The notes below the pieces were generated by a model. It was not told where the DNA came from and did not search any database. It worked only from the letters and a program-made list of their open reading frames with translations. From assembly GCF_018350175.1 (NCBI RefSeq), contig NC_058368.1:136216001-136280000 (forward strand): a stretch of 64,000 nucleotides of DNA, given 5' to 3'. This DNA is from Felis catus (lineage: Eukaryota). Made by a program: the position numbers and the translations under genes. Position 1 is the first letter of the stretch, and each line of letters begins with the position of its first letter. Positions 26,846-39,429 of the stretch are shown in pieces.

Positions 26846-27832
26846 CAAGATTACATTTTTTTTAAAGAACCCACTGTTGTTCACTCAGGTTTCCTTCCGG
26901 CTTCCCGGCAGGGTTGAGCAGTTTCCCTTACAGGTGGTCTGCAGTCACCACTCTGCTCTTCCTGTCCTCCTTATGGGCGTGGCACTCAGCTAAGTGGTTC
27001 TGGTGAGAAAGGGCACCACCGATGATGCACTTTAATATGTTTTCAATACACTATTTTATCTTATTTTTTACTTTTTTCAAGTGTGGTTTTTAAATTTTAT
27101 TTTGAGAGAGGGAGGGAGAGAGAGACTCCCAATCAGGCTTCACACTGTCAGTGCAGAGCCTGGCGTGGGGCTCCAATTCACGAACTCTGAGATCATGACC
27201 TGAGCAGAAATCAAAAGTCAGACACTCAGCTAACTGAGCCACCCAGGTGCTCTCAATATGCCATTTTATAGTTTGCATCTATTGTTGCTTTAAGCAAGAT
27301 AGATACTGTGTTTTAAACTTGTTTTAGTTTTTTGAAAAGCATGTGGTAGTAATATTTAAGAACTTTTGAAAATAAGAAAAATAAATTCTCTTGATGGATC
27401 AGTTTTCATTTTTGCAAATTACCATCCTAAAAGGAAACTTGGTAGTTTATTATGAGAAATTTCTCACCCTTGAGATTTGGATTATTTTTGTGTGTATATT
27501 TTATTATTGTTTCGCTAGGATCATTTCATTGAAAGAACCATTACGAAATGTGGCTGAGGTTGTTAGTTTTTCACTGCTAATAGAGGACCAATGACTCTTT
27601 AAAAGTCAAGTATGAGTTTGTAAACTTGTTAAAAGTAATGATATAAATGAGTATGTGGACTTTGATTAAAGCTTGCTTTCATATCATGAGATCATCTGCT
27701 AATGACTGTCATTGGTGATATGTGCTAGAAGTTGAAGGTTGCATTGGAGTGTCTTACAATGAAATGTACTTGGCGTTTTAACTTTGAAGAAGTCTCTCTT
27801 ATTCTCTTTGTGATGAAATTTCTGTCTTTCAG

Positions 27833-27960
27833 AGTAGAATGTATAATTGTTGCCAATGATGCCACCATCAAAGGAGGGACCTACTATCCCGTGACTGTGA
27901 AGAAGCATTTGCGGGCACAAGAAATTGCAATGCAAAACAGGCTCCCCTGCATCTACTTGG
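27833..27960 (+). CDS. MCCC2: MCCC2 exon 5 (GC donor)
   Basis: TTTCAG acceptor. Encodes [42 protein letters not shown](V). Donor G|GCAAGT at 27961. 128 nt. Confidence 0.94.
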
Positions 27961-28044
27961 GCAAGTCACAAGAGTCGTAAAATGAATTATTTTTAGGTGG
28001 TAAAATGCAAGAGTGTTTACAGGGTTATATATGATGTCATCATT

Positions 28045-28817
28045 TTTTTTTTTAATTTTTTTTTTTCAACGTTTATTTATTTTGGGGACAGAGAGAGACA
28101 GAGCATGAACGGGGGAGGGGCAGAGAGAGAGGGAGACACAGAATCAGAAACAGGCTCCAGGCTCTGAGCCATCAGCCCACAGCCTGACGCGGGGCTCGAA
28201 CTCATGGACCGCGAGATCGTGACCTGGCTGAAGTCGGACGCAAGACTGCACCACCCAGGCGCCCCATCATTTTTTTTTTTTTTTGACAGAGTGTGGGGGA
28301 GGGACAGAGAGAGAGTCGGACAGAGGATTTGAAGCGGTCTCTGTACTGACAGCAGAGTCCCATGTGGGGCTTGAACCCCAAGCCAGGAGATCATGACCTG
28401 AGCCGAAGGCGGACTTAACTGACTAAGCCACCCACACCCCCCCATCATTGGGTATTTTTAAAAACTGTTGGTTTCTTCCATAATTACAAAAGAAATGCAT
28501 GCTCTTTGCTGAAAACTCAGGAAGAAAATGTGAACAAGAACTACCCATAACAACATCACTGAGGAATGGTGACAGTATTTTCTTTTTTTTTTTTTTTTTT
28601 TTTAATTTTTTTTTTTAACGTTTATTTATTTTTGAGACAGAGAGAGACAGAGCATGAACGGGGGAGGGTCAGAGAGAGGGAGACACAGAATCGGAAGCAG
28701 GCTCCAGGCTCTGAGCCATCAGCCCAGAGCCCGACGCGGGGCTCGAACTCACAGACCGCGAGATCGTGACCTGAGCCAAAGTCGGACGCTTAACCGACTG
28801 AGCCACCCAGGCGCCCC
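28045..28817 (-). mobile_element. Three CanSINEs at the start of intron 5
   Basis: Copies at 28045-28264 and 28272-28442 (TSD CATCATT, three copies) and at 28583-28817 (TSD GTGACAGTATTTTC). Confidence 0.9.
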
Positions 28818-30126
28818 TGTGACAGTATTTTCATGTATGCCAGTTTTTTCTCTACATAGGTGTAGATTTTTTTTCTTCTATATATTTTCTTTTTGTCTTA
28901 ACCTTAATGAGTTCAAACTGTGAGAAAATAATAGTTAATATTTATGGATCTCTTAAGTGCTAGGTACTAATTTAAATGCTTGAGTATGTATATAATTTTC
29001 AGCAAATGCAATTTAAGAAATTTAATTTTTAATGAAAGTAAATTTATATTTGAAATTAAAATACACTTAAATCTAAGGGTATTTCAAAAGGAACATAAAA
29101 GCAAGGCAGTTTAAAATTGGCACTGCCTGGATAATGGTTTAGTTTGGTGAAATACCAGCATATATATATTGTTCATTTTTGCAAGTGTTTGAACAGGTAC
29201 TGACTTAGAGATTTTTTTCCCTGCAAAAGTGCATTTACCTGGGTGACTCACAGTGTGAACTTTGTTTTGCCCATACAGAAAACAGCAAATGAGGCCCTAC
29301 TGTTTACAGGTGCTGTGCCAAACACTGTAGGTAACGGAGTAAAGAGTATTATGTTGTCCCCATCTTGGGCAAGCTTAAATGCACCAGAGACAGGATGTCA
29401 TGTACTAAATAACAACAAAAGACATGATGATTGTAGGCAAGAGTGGTGGACATAGGACTAGCTAACTTTTCACAGCATTGCTATTTGCACTCACTCTGTG
29501 CTGAACTAAGTAAGTGCTTTATATACATTATTTCATGTCACCCCAGGAATAGCTTTCTGGGAGAGCTACGTTGTTACTTTGATTTCACAGGCAAGGAACA
29601 GGAGCATAGAATGGCTAGGACATGCCGGTAATCACACAGATATGAAGTAACCAAGCTCTCTTCCAAATTCAGCTGACCTTCTTATCCCCCACTCAGCCCT
29701 GCAGTATAAACAGTCCCAGAGACACTATGTGACAAACTGTCACATGAATTCTGCATGTGGCTTTGCATTGGTTTAAAAGAAAGAAAGATACTTTTTTTTT
29801 TTTTTTTTTTTTTTTTAGCTGAACTGGTTAAAAATTTGCCGTGTTCCTGGGGCTTTAGCTGGTCCTCAAAGGAGAGAATGTCCTAAATATTTCAAGCGGA
29901 ATTTTGCACAGGGAGGAGAGCCTAGTGGATTTGATGAAAACAGTGAATTTTTTGGCTGCGTTGGGGGACTGGAGAAAGATGCTGTTGAATAATTTAGAAC
30001 GGTGATAGGGCAAGTTTTGTGTGAATGTGATGAAGAACTGTTGCTGTCAGTGGTACACGTCTTCCTGTGTACAGCATGTTTCGTTCATTCAGACGTACTT
30101 ATTTCTGTTATTTCCCTTGTCTTCAG

Positions 30127-30239
30127 TTGATTCAGGAGGCGCAAACTTACCTTGGCAAGCAGAAATATTTCCAGATCGAGATCACTTTGGCCGTATATTC
30201 TATAATCAGGCAATTATGTCTTCTCAAAATATTGCACAG
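30127..30239 (+). CDS. MCCC2: MCCC2 exon 6
   Basis: CTTCAG acceptor. Encodes (V)[37 protein letters not shown]. Donor CAG|GTAACT. 113 nt. Confidence 0.95.
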
Positions 30240-31539
30240 GTAACTTCTCATTAATGAAAGGTATTGTTTTTTTGCTCCAAATGCCTTTGCCAGCTAGATA
30301 GCCTGAGATGATTTAAAACAGAATTTAACACAGAATGTAGATTCCCCCCCCCCCCCACAGAAAGTGCCTTAAGGTCAGATTATTCTCTTAATTATGGGCA
30401 TGCTTTTATGTTTTAATAAAGGCTGTTCACTAAAGGAAAAGAGTTTGTCAAAAGAAAGGACACTGAGTATTTGTTTTTTTTTAATTTTTAAATTTTTTTA
30501 CATTTATTTATTTTTGAGTGACAGAGCATGAGCAGGGGAGGGACAGAGAGAGAGGGAGGGAGACACAGAATCCGAAGCAGGCTCTAGGCTCTGAGCTGCT
30601 AGCACAGAGCCTGATGCGGGGCTCAAACCCACAAACTGTGAGATCATGACCGGTGCCGAAGTTCAACGCTTTACCGACTGAGCCACCCAGGTGCCCCATT
30701 AGTTGCTTTTTTAGGACTACACTTTGAGACATTCTGGTGTCTAAATGAGGAGACATGAGCAAAAAAGATTGTTGTAGCATTGTCCTAGCAAAAGTTAACA
30801 AACGACCTAGATGACCATTATTGGGAGATGAATAATACCATTTGTAGCTGTTAAAATGAATGAACTAGAGTTGAACTAGAGTTGCACGCATCTACATAAA
30901 TAGTCTGTAAAAATAATAGAATAAATGCATGGTCATTTGCTTTGTATGTAAATGTTAAAACCATCAAAAAAATCTATTACTTTGTCTTAAAATGTACATG
31001 GGAATCATACACGGAGCTTTAGGACAATGGATACCTTTGAGGCGGGAGGGAGGAGAAAGGGGGGCAGGCAGGAGGTTTCAACTATTTCTGAAATATTTTA
31101 TTTCCTTAACACAAATCTGAAGTAAATTTGGCCAAATGTCAAGATTTGTTAAGAGTGGATATTAGGTTAAAGTATTTATTATTTTGTAATCTTTAATCTG
31201 AAATACTTCATAACACCGATGCTTGTGCTTTGTTTATATTTTGTTCCTGGATTTCTTAAGTTTGTAGTGTTTTTAGTAATATTCTAATGAATTAGCCTTT
31301 TCTCACAGATCTTTATTTTCTATTGATATAGTGCATTGTTGGCATTTATTATATGTTTTATGTTATGCAGTGACTTTGTGCCTTATATATCTAAATAGAA
31401 ACTTTAGCTTTGCTCACTTGTGCACAGAGGGTCCTTGCATTACATGATATGTAATTCTTACCGTGGCGTTTGTTTTATAGGGGACATTGGCCCATCTAAT
31501 CTGATATTATAACTTGTATAGTTGTACCAACCTTAATCT

Positions 31540-31982
31540 TATATTAGTTTCCTAGGGCTGCCATAACAAATTACCACATACTGGGTGGCTGAAAAATAAC
31601 AAAAATTTGTTCTCTCAAGTTCTAGAGGCTAGAGGTCTGAAATGAAGGGGGCAACTTCACTGGGCTCTCTCAGAAGATCCTGTCCCTCGCCTCTGCCAGC
31701 TTCTAGTGGCTCCAGGTGTTTCTTGGGCTTGTGACTGTATGACTCTGATCTCTGGCTTGTTTGCCTTCTCCCCTGTGTGTCTGTGTCTTCTCTCTCTTAT
31801 AAGGACGCTTGTCATTGGATTTAGGGCCCACCCATGTCATCCACAATGATCTCATCTCAAGTTCCTTACCTTAATTATGTCTGCAAAGACTCTTTTTCCA
31901 AATAAGGTCATAATCAAAGGTTCTAGAGATTCAGGTGTGGACATATTTGGAGGAGGTGGGGGCATCAGTCAACCCACTATAG
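31540..31982 (-). mobile_element. MLT1-type MaLR solo LTR
   Basis: TATTAGTTTCCTAGGGCTGCCATAACAAATTACCACA... TCTGCAAAGACTCTTTTTCCAAATAAGGTCA ... TCAACCCACTA. Confidence 0.85.
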
Positions 31983-33385
31983 ACGTGTCAGCTGGCATGC
32001 TTATTCTTTGCCCTGTCTTTCCATTCGTGTAGCTTGTAAATAATCAACATGTAACAAATATTTATGGTGGACCTACTGTAACCAGGCTCTGTTGGTGAAT
32101 AAAACCAGGTATGATCTCTTCTGTGGAACCTAAAGCTTGAAGTGCTTTAAAAAACAGGTCTTTTTAGGGGTGCCTGGGTGGCTCAGGCGCTTAAGCTCTT
32201 GATTTCAGCTTAGGTCGTGATCTCATGGTTTGTGAGTTTGAACCCCGCTTTGGGCTCCATTTTGACATTGTGGAGCCTACTTGGGATTTTCTGTCTCCCC
32301 TGTGTCTCTGTCCCTCCCCTGCTCGCTCTCTGTCTCAAAATAAATAAATAAACCTTAAAAAAATGTCTTTTTAAAATTAAAAGTGTCCATATATTTTTGA
32401 GTAAGTAGTACCTGCCTATGATTAAAAAATCTGAAGTGCCTAAAGGGCATTTGAATGCTTTCCTTTTTCCTATTTTAGTTTCTTAAAAATGTTAACATCA
32501 GTATTTCTTTGAGCCACTTCTCTTAGCATTTCTTTTCTCTGTTTTACTCCAGTAGGAAGTTCAGGGTAAAGATTTACCTCTTTTAGAAACCTCTTGGAAT
32601 TTGAGGAAAATTTCCAATTTCTCTTGTGTACTAGTTTCCATAGTGCCTATTCTGATCTTTTCCCCAGTAAAGGAGCCCTAAACCCGATGTCTGCACTGTA
32701 GCTGTTGCTTCATACTTAACTGAAGAAGTCAGGCTGTGTGCCAGCACTCTTGTACTAAAAACATTGTGACTTTGCCTTCTTTTATCCTAGAAACAGTTGT
32801 CCCTCTTCCTCTCCAGGGCTAAGCTTTTCATTTATAATCCTAATGCCAACCCCTCCTTTGTGCCTCATCATTTGTTCCTCTTCTCTCTCTTACTCTAATA
32901 TTTTCTCATCCACTTTTTTTTTTCTCACAGTCAATAACTGTGTTGACTTCTTCTGTCTTTTTTGTTTTATTTATTTCTTTTGAGAGAGAGAGAGAGAGAG
33001 AGAGATTGAGATTGTAAGTGGGGAGGGGCAGAGAGAGAGGGAGACAGAGAATCCCAACCAGGCTTTGCACTGTCAGTGCAGAGGGGATTGAACCCACCAA
33101 CTGTGAGACCACCACCTGAGCTGAAATCAAGGGTCTGATGCTTAACTGACTGAGCCATCCCATGTGCCCCAACTTCCTCTGTTTTTAAAGGAAAAAGAAA
33201 AAGCACCAAAAGCCGTGACAAAAGAAAAGGACCTTTGCTAGCTTCTTCTGTTCCCTGAAGCTTCCCTCCTTCCCTGGATCAGCAGACTTCTTAAAACCTG
33301 ACCTAGGACCTTTGTTCCTGACTGCTCACTCCATAAAACCTACTGCCTTTGGAGGTCCTACTAGCCTCCTAGAGACCAGATTCTT

Positions 33386-33816
33386 TTTTTTTTTTTTTTT
33401 CCAACGTTTATTTATTTTTGGGACAGAGAGAGACAGAGCATGAACGGGGGAGGGGCAGAGAGAGAGGGAGACACAGAATCGGAAACAGGCTCCAGGCTCT
33501 GAGCCATCAGCCCAAAGCCTGACGCGGGGCTCGAACTCACGGATCGTGAGATCGTGACCTGGCTGAAGTCGGACGCTTAACCGACTGCACCACCCAGGCG
33601 CCCCTTTTTTTTTTTTTTTAATGTTTATTTATTTTTGAGACAGAGAGAGAGCATGAACGGGGGAGGGGCAGAGAGAGAGGGAGACACAGAATCCAAAATA
33701 GGCTCCAGGCTCCGAGCTGTCAGCACAAAGCCAGACGCAGGGCTCGTACTCACGGACCGTGAGATCATGACCTGAGCTGAAGTCGGACCCTCAACTGACT
33801 GAGCCACCCAGGCACC
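33386..33816 (-). mobile_element. Young CanSINE in the tail of an older CanSINE
   Basis: Outer TSD CCTAGAGACCAGATTCTT at 33368-33385 and 33817-33834. Confidence 0.9.
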
Positions 33817-36800
33817 CCTAGAGACCAGATTCTTATTCCACATGACCTCTTTTGTTCCCTTTCCTGAAATCTTCCTTAGGCTTTGTGCCACTGGTTTTCC
33901 GTATTCCCCCAGGCTCTCCGTTTAATCCTCTCCACCCAGGAACTTGTCCTTAATGGTTTCATAAACTCTCATGACATCCCTTTCATATCCGTGATCTTTC
34001 CTGACCTCTCTCTGCACCTTGGGAGGTTCTGCTGTCTTTGTGGATTTCCCTTTGGTACTTAGGGGCTCCAACTAGACATTGCGCACATTCACTTCTCTAC
34101 TGATGGTTCTTTCACCCGTGTCCCCGTTTGCTCTTGATGGTACTTCCTTCTTGAGCTTTTCCCTAGGATTGAAACCTTGGTGTCATCCTTGACTCTTGCC
34201 TGCTTTTTCCCCTACCTGCCCCTACCTGATCATTTTGGTAAAAAAAAAAAAAAAAAAAAAAAAAGTGTGTGTGTGTATCTATATATAGATATATAAATCT
34301 GTCTGTCTATATATTTCTCATCTTTGTATCCCCAGGAACTCCTCTGGTGCTGGACAGATAATCAATACATAATAAACCTTTGACAAAGACCTGTCGATTT
34401 TTATCTTTGGATTGGCCCTCTCAGCTCCATTCCTACTGCCATCACCATGGGTAGTTCGGGCCTACATTACTACTTAGAGTGTGGCACTAGCTTCACCTGT
34501 CTTGTGTTCCTGACTACCTAGTCTTTCCTTTTCTGTCCACTGTACATGTTACTGTAGCATTACTCTTTATCTGGTTCCTGGCTCAAAACCATAATTTATA
34601 CAAAACAGACTTCAGACTTATTAGCCTGGTACGTAAGACCCCTTGTGGTCTAGTTCCGATCTTATGTTCTGGCCTTACTGCCCACTGTCAGTCTGAACCA
34701 CTCACTGTTCTTCATATGTACCATGGCCTTTCATGACTGCTCAGGTCCATGCTGGGCCCTCTCTTCCCCATTCCTTGCAGTCTAAGTCTCCAGTCCATTT
34801 TCCAAATGCATCTCAGATGCCATCTCTTGCAGGAAGGCTTCTCTTTGAGCTATACCTTAATAATGACGTTTATTCCTTTTATCTAGATATATCCTAATTT
34901 CCCTCACTAGACTCTAAGCCTCTTGAGATAAGAGACACCATCAGATAAATCTTTATATCCTCACACATTTCCCTGAGAAGGTACTTAGTCAATATTTATT
35001 TAAAAAGTGAAACTCTTGGGGTGCCTGAGTGGCTCAGTGGTTAAGCGTCCTGACGTCAGCTAAGGTCATGATCTCATGGTTCATGAGTTCGAGCCCTGCA
35101 TTGTGCTCTGTGCTGACAGCTCAGAGCCTGGTGCCTTCTTCGGATTCTGTGTCTCCCTCTCTCCCTCTTCCTCCCCTGCTTGTGCTCTGCCTCTCTCTGT
35201 CTAAAAAATAAATAAACGTTAAAAAAAAAAAAAGAGTGAAACTCTTTATGACTATTCAAGTGATATCTGATGTACTGAGTATATCTTACATTTTAATGTA
35301 TGTTTTATTATTTACTGAGGCCTTGGCTTGGATGGATAAAAACAAGTTCTTATACTTTATTTTTTTTTAATTTTTATCCATATACTTTATTACATGAAGC
35401 AATCACTTGTTTAACTCCAGTTATGTTACATGTGCATTTTGATAGGGAACTCTAGCTTCTTTATTTGTTCAGTTCCTTCTTTCCTCCCCAGTGTTGGTTT
35501 TTATTTAATGTTATTAACCTTGCCCATTATAGGTCCACTTATCCACTTATTTCTAAGATACATGTCTCTTGACAATCATATCTCTGTTATTTCCTGTATC
35601 TTTGCAGTGGTAAAAATGTAGACAGATTTTTACCAACCTGGAAGGTTTAAAATTTTTGTTTTTGCTCTCAAGGAGAAAAGGCAGTTACATAAGACACCTA
35701 CCTACATCTGTATTCTCTTGTCATCTTTCCCTCCTTTCTGGTGTATTTTAGAACTTGTTTTTTTGTTTTTGAAGTTTAAAGACTTGGCATACAGGTGTCT
35801 GGTGGTCTTATTGGAGTCTCATGTTCTGAGGATACCTCACCTGGGCTTTCTCTGAACCCATGCCTGATGTCTTGATGATCTTGGAAACATTGCTTCTGTT
35901 ATTTTCTGTATTGTGGCTCCACGTTGCTGGCTTTTGAAGTGTGAGGCATATAATTCTCTTCAGAAGTGGGATCTTTGTTTTCTTAGGTCTCACATTAGCA
36001 TTAATTTTTAAAATTAGTGGACGGTGTGCCTGGGTGGCTTCGTGGGTTGAGCGTCCTACTCTTGATATTGGCTCAGGTCATGATCGTGGGATCAAGCCCT
36101 GCCTTGGGCTCCATGGGAAGCATACAGCCTGCTTAACATTCTCTCTCCCTCTGCCTCTGTCCCCTGCTCACGTGTCTCTCTGTCAAAAAAAAATAATAAT
36201 AATTTAAAATAATTTAAAACTTAGTGGTGGTCTGGTCTAGCTGGATCTTTGCCCTGCTGCATCATCCTGTTTGCCTGTAATCCTTTAGTGCACCAGGAAC
36301 AAAATGTTTCCACTGTGACTAACAGTGTATTTCTTCTGAAATAGTCGTTATTCACCTAGCCATGTGGAGGTGCAGCTCCTGTTTTTCCTTCACGTGTCTG
36401 CCTGTTTGTTCTTCTTTTGGAGATGTACTTAAAATTATTTCAGGAGTCCCTGCTTCCTTCTCTCCTTCCCTGTCCCCACTTCCACCCTCTTGGCTTAGCT
36501 CATTATTTTTGAAATTTATTTTCTTTGCTTTAGATCATGGTAATTGTTTTGAGGGACTTAGTTAAGACAGGCACCGTATATCATTTTTTTTTTTCCGTTC
36601 AGAAAAGTTGGTTTTCTTACTTTTTAAATATTTATTTATTTATTAAAAATACTTTTTTAACGTTTATTGATTTTTGAGAGACAGAGAGAGACAGAGCATG
36701 AGTGGGGGAGGGGCAGAGAGAGAGGAGACACAGAATCTGAAGCAGGCTACAGGCTCCGAGCTGTCAGCACAGAGCCCAATGTGAGGCTCGAACCCATGAA

Positions 36801-37424
36801 CTATGAGATCATGACCTGAGCCAAAGTTGGACGCTTAACCAACTGAACCACCCAGGCACCCGAAAGGCGGTTTTATTAAAGCACACAGATAAGACCCATG
36901 GGCAGAAAGAGCTGCCCATTATTTTAATTTTTTTATTTTTATTTTTTCATGTTTATTTATTTTTGAGAGAGAGAAAGAGTGCGTGAGTGGGGTAGGGGCA
37001 TGAGAGAGGGAGACACAAAACCTGAAGCAGCCTCTAGGCTATGAACTGTCAGTGCAGAGCCTGATGTGGGACTTGAATCCACAAACCATGAGATCATGAC
37101 CTGAGCCAAAGTCAGATTCATAACCCACTGAGCCACCCAGGTGCCCCAAGGGCTGCCCATTATTTCAAAAATGCATTTCAGTTGTCCATGTTGTCAAATA
37201 GGGCCTAGGGAACAAAATCACTGATTGCTTTGAGGCTGATAAAAAGGAAGAAACAGGATATTCTGGATAAGGTGGACTTTTTGTTTTCTGTGCACATTTT
37301 ATCCTATCTATTTAGCACAGATAAGCATGAGTACTTTAGAATCAGTGGTGTGATCGGTCAGTATAATTGATTGTGATTTAAATTTTGGAGAGCTAATGAA
37401 CTGATATGTGAATTTTCTGACTTT

Positions 37425-39429
37425 AAAAAAAAAATTTTTTTTTTTAGATTTACATCCAAGTTAATTAGCATATAGTGCAACAATGATTTCAGGAGAAGAT
37501 TCCTTAATGCCCCTTACCCATTTAGCCCATCCCCCCTCCCATAACCCCCCAGGAACTGTCTGTTTGTGCTCCATATTTAAGAGTCTCCTATGTTTTGTCC
37601 CCTTCCCTGTTTTTATATTATTTTTGTTTCCCTTCCCTTATGTTCATCTGTTTTATCTCTTAAAGTCCTCATATGAGCGAAGTCATGTGATATTTGTCTT
37701 TTTCTGACTAATTTTGCTTAGCATGATACCCTCCAATTCCATCTACGTAGTTGCAAATGGCAAGATTTCATTCTTTTTTGTTGTTGTTGTATCTTTTTTA
37801 ATTGTAAAGATTTCATTCTTTTTGACTGCCGCGTAATACTCCATTGTGTGTATGTAGGTGTATATATATCATATCTTCTTTACCCATTCATCCATCAATG
37901 GACATTTGGGTTCTTTCCATACTTTTGCTATTGTTGATAGTGCTGCTATAAACATTGGGGGTGCCTGTGTCCCTTCGAAACAGCACACCTGTATCCCTGG
38001 ATAAATACCTAGTAGTGCAGTTGCTGGATTGTAGGGTAGTTCTATTTTTACTTTTTTGAGGAACCTCCGTACTGTTTTCCAGAGTGGCTGTACCAGCTTT
38101 CATTCTTACCAACAATGCAAAAGAGATCCTCTTTTTCCACACCCTCGCCAACATCTGTTATTGCCTGAGTTGTTAATGTTAGCCATTCTGACAGGTGTGA
38201 GGTGGTATATCTCATTGTGGTTTTGATTTGTATTTCCCTGATGGTGACTGATGTGGAGGGAGCATTTTTTCATGTGTCGGCCATCCGGATGTCTTTGGAG
38301 AAGTGTCTATTCATGTCTTTTGCCCATTTCTTCACTGGATTATTTGCTTTTTGGGTGTTGAGTTTGATAAGTTCTTTGTAGATTTTGGATACTAACCCGT
38401 TATCTGATATATCATTTGCAAATATCTTCTTTCATTCTGTCAGTTGCCTTTTAGTTTTGGTGATTGTTTCCTTCACTGTGCAGAAGCTTTTTATTTTGAT
38501 GAGGTCCCAATAGTTCATTTTTGCTTTTGTTTCTGTTGCCTCCAGAGACGTCTTGAGTAAGAAGTTGCTGTGGCCAAGATCAAAGAGGTTTTTGCCTGCT
38601 TTCTCCTCGAGGATTTTTTGACTTCCTGTCTTACATTGAGGTTTTTCATCCATTTTGAGTTTATTTTTGTGTATGGTGTAAGAAAGTGGCCCAGGTCCAT
38701 TCTTCTGCATGTCACTGTCCAGTTTTGCCAGCACCACTTGCTGAAGAGACTGTCTTTATTCCATCGGATAGTCTTTCCTGCTTTGTCAAAGATTAGTTGC
38801 CCATATGTTTGTGGGTCCATTTCTGGGTTCTCTGTTCTATTCCTTTGATTTGAGTGTCTGTTCTTGTGACAGTACCATACTGTCTTGATGATTACAGCTT
38901 TGTAGTATAGCTTGAAGTCTGGGATTGTGATGCCTCCTGCTTTGGTTTTCTTTTTCAAGATTGTTTTAGCTATTTGGGGTCTTTTCTGGTTCCATACAAA
39001 TTTTAGGATTATTTGTTCTAGCTCTGTGAAGAATGCTGGTGTTATTTTGATAGGGATTGCATTGAATATGTAGTTTGCTTTGAGTTGTATAGACATTTTA
39101 ACAATATTTGTTCTTCCTATCCAGGAGAATGGAATCTTTTCCATTTTCTTGTGTCTTGTTCAATTTCTTTCATAAGCTTTCTATAGTTTTCAGTGTATAG
39201 ATTTTTCACCTCTTTGGTTAGATTTATTCCTAGGTATTTTATGGTTTTTGGTGCAACTGTAAATGGGATCGATTGCTTGATTTATTTTTCTGTTGCTTCA
39301 TTGTTGGTGTACAGGAATGCAACCGATTTCTGTGCATTGATTTTATATTCTGCAACTTTGCTGAATTTATGAATCAGTTCTAGCAGTTTTTTGGTGGAAT
39401 CTTTTGGGTTTTCCATATAGAGTATCATG
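37425..39429 (-). mobile_element. 5'-truncated carnivore L1 (~2 kb; ORF2 C-terminal part plus 3'UTR), inactive
   Basis: ORFs 38515-39144, 38432-38737 and 37888-38154 are frameshifted pieces of ORF2p ([48 protein letters not shown]). Candidate TSD TGACTTT at 37418-37424 and 39430-39436. Confidence 0.93.

Noticed and set aside
38515..39144. 209-aa minus-strand ORF as a functional protein
   Set aside because: It is a frameshifted fragment of L1 ORF2p in a 5'-truncated element.
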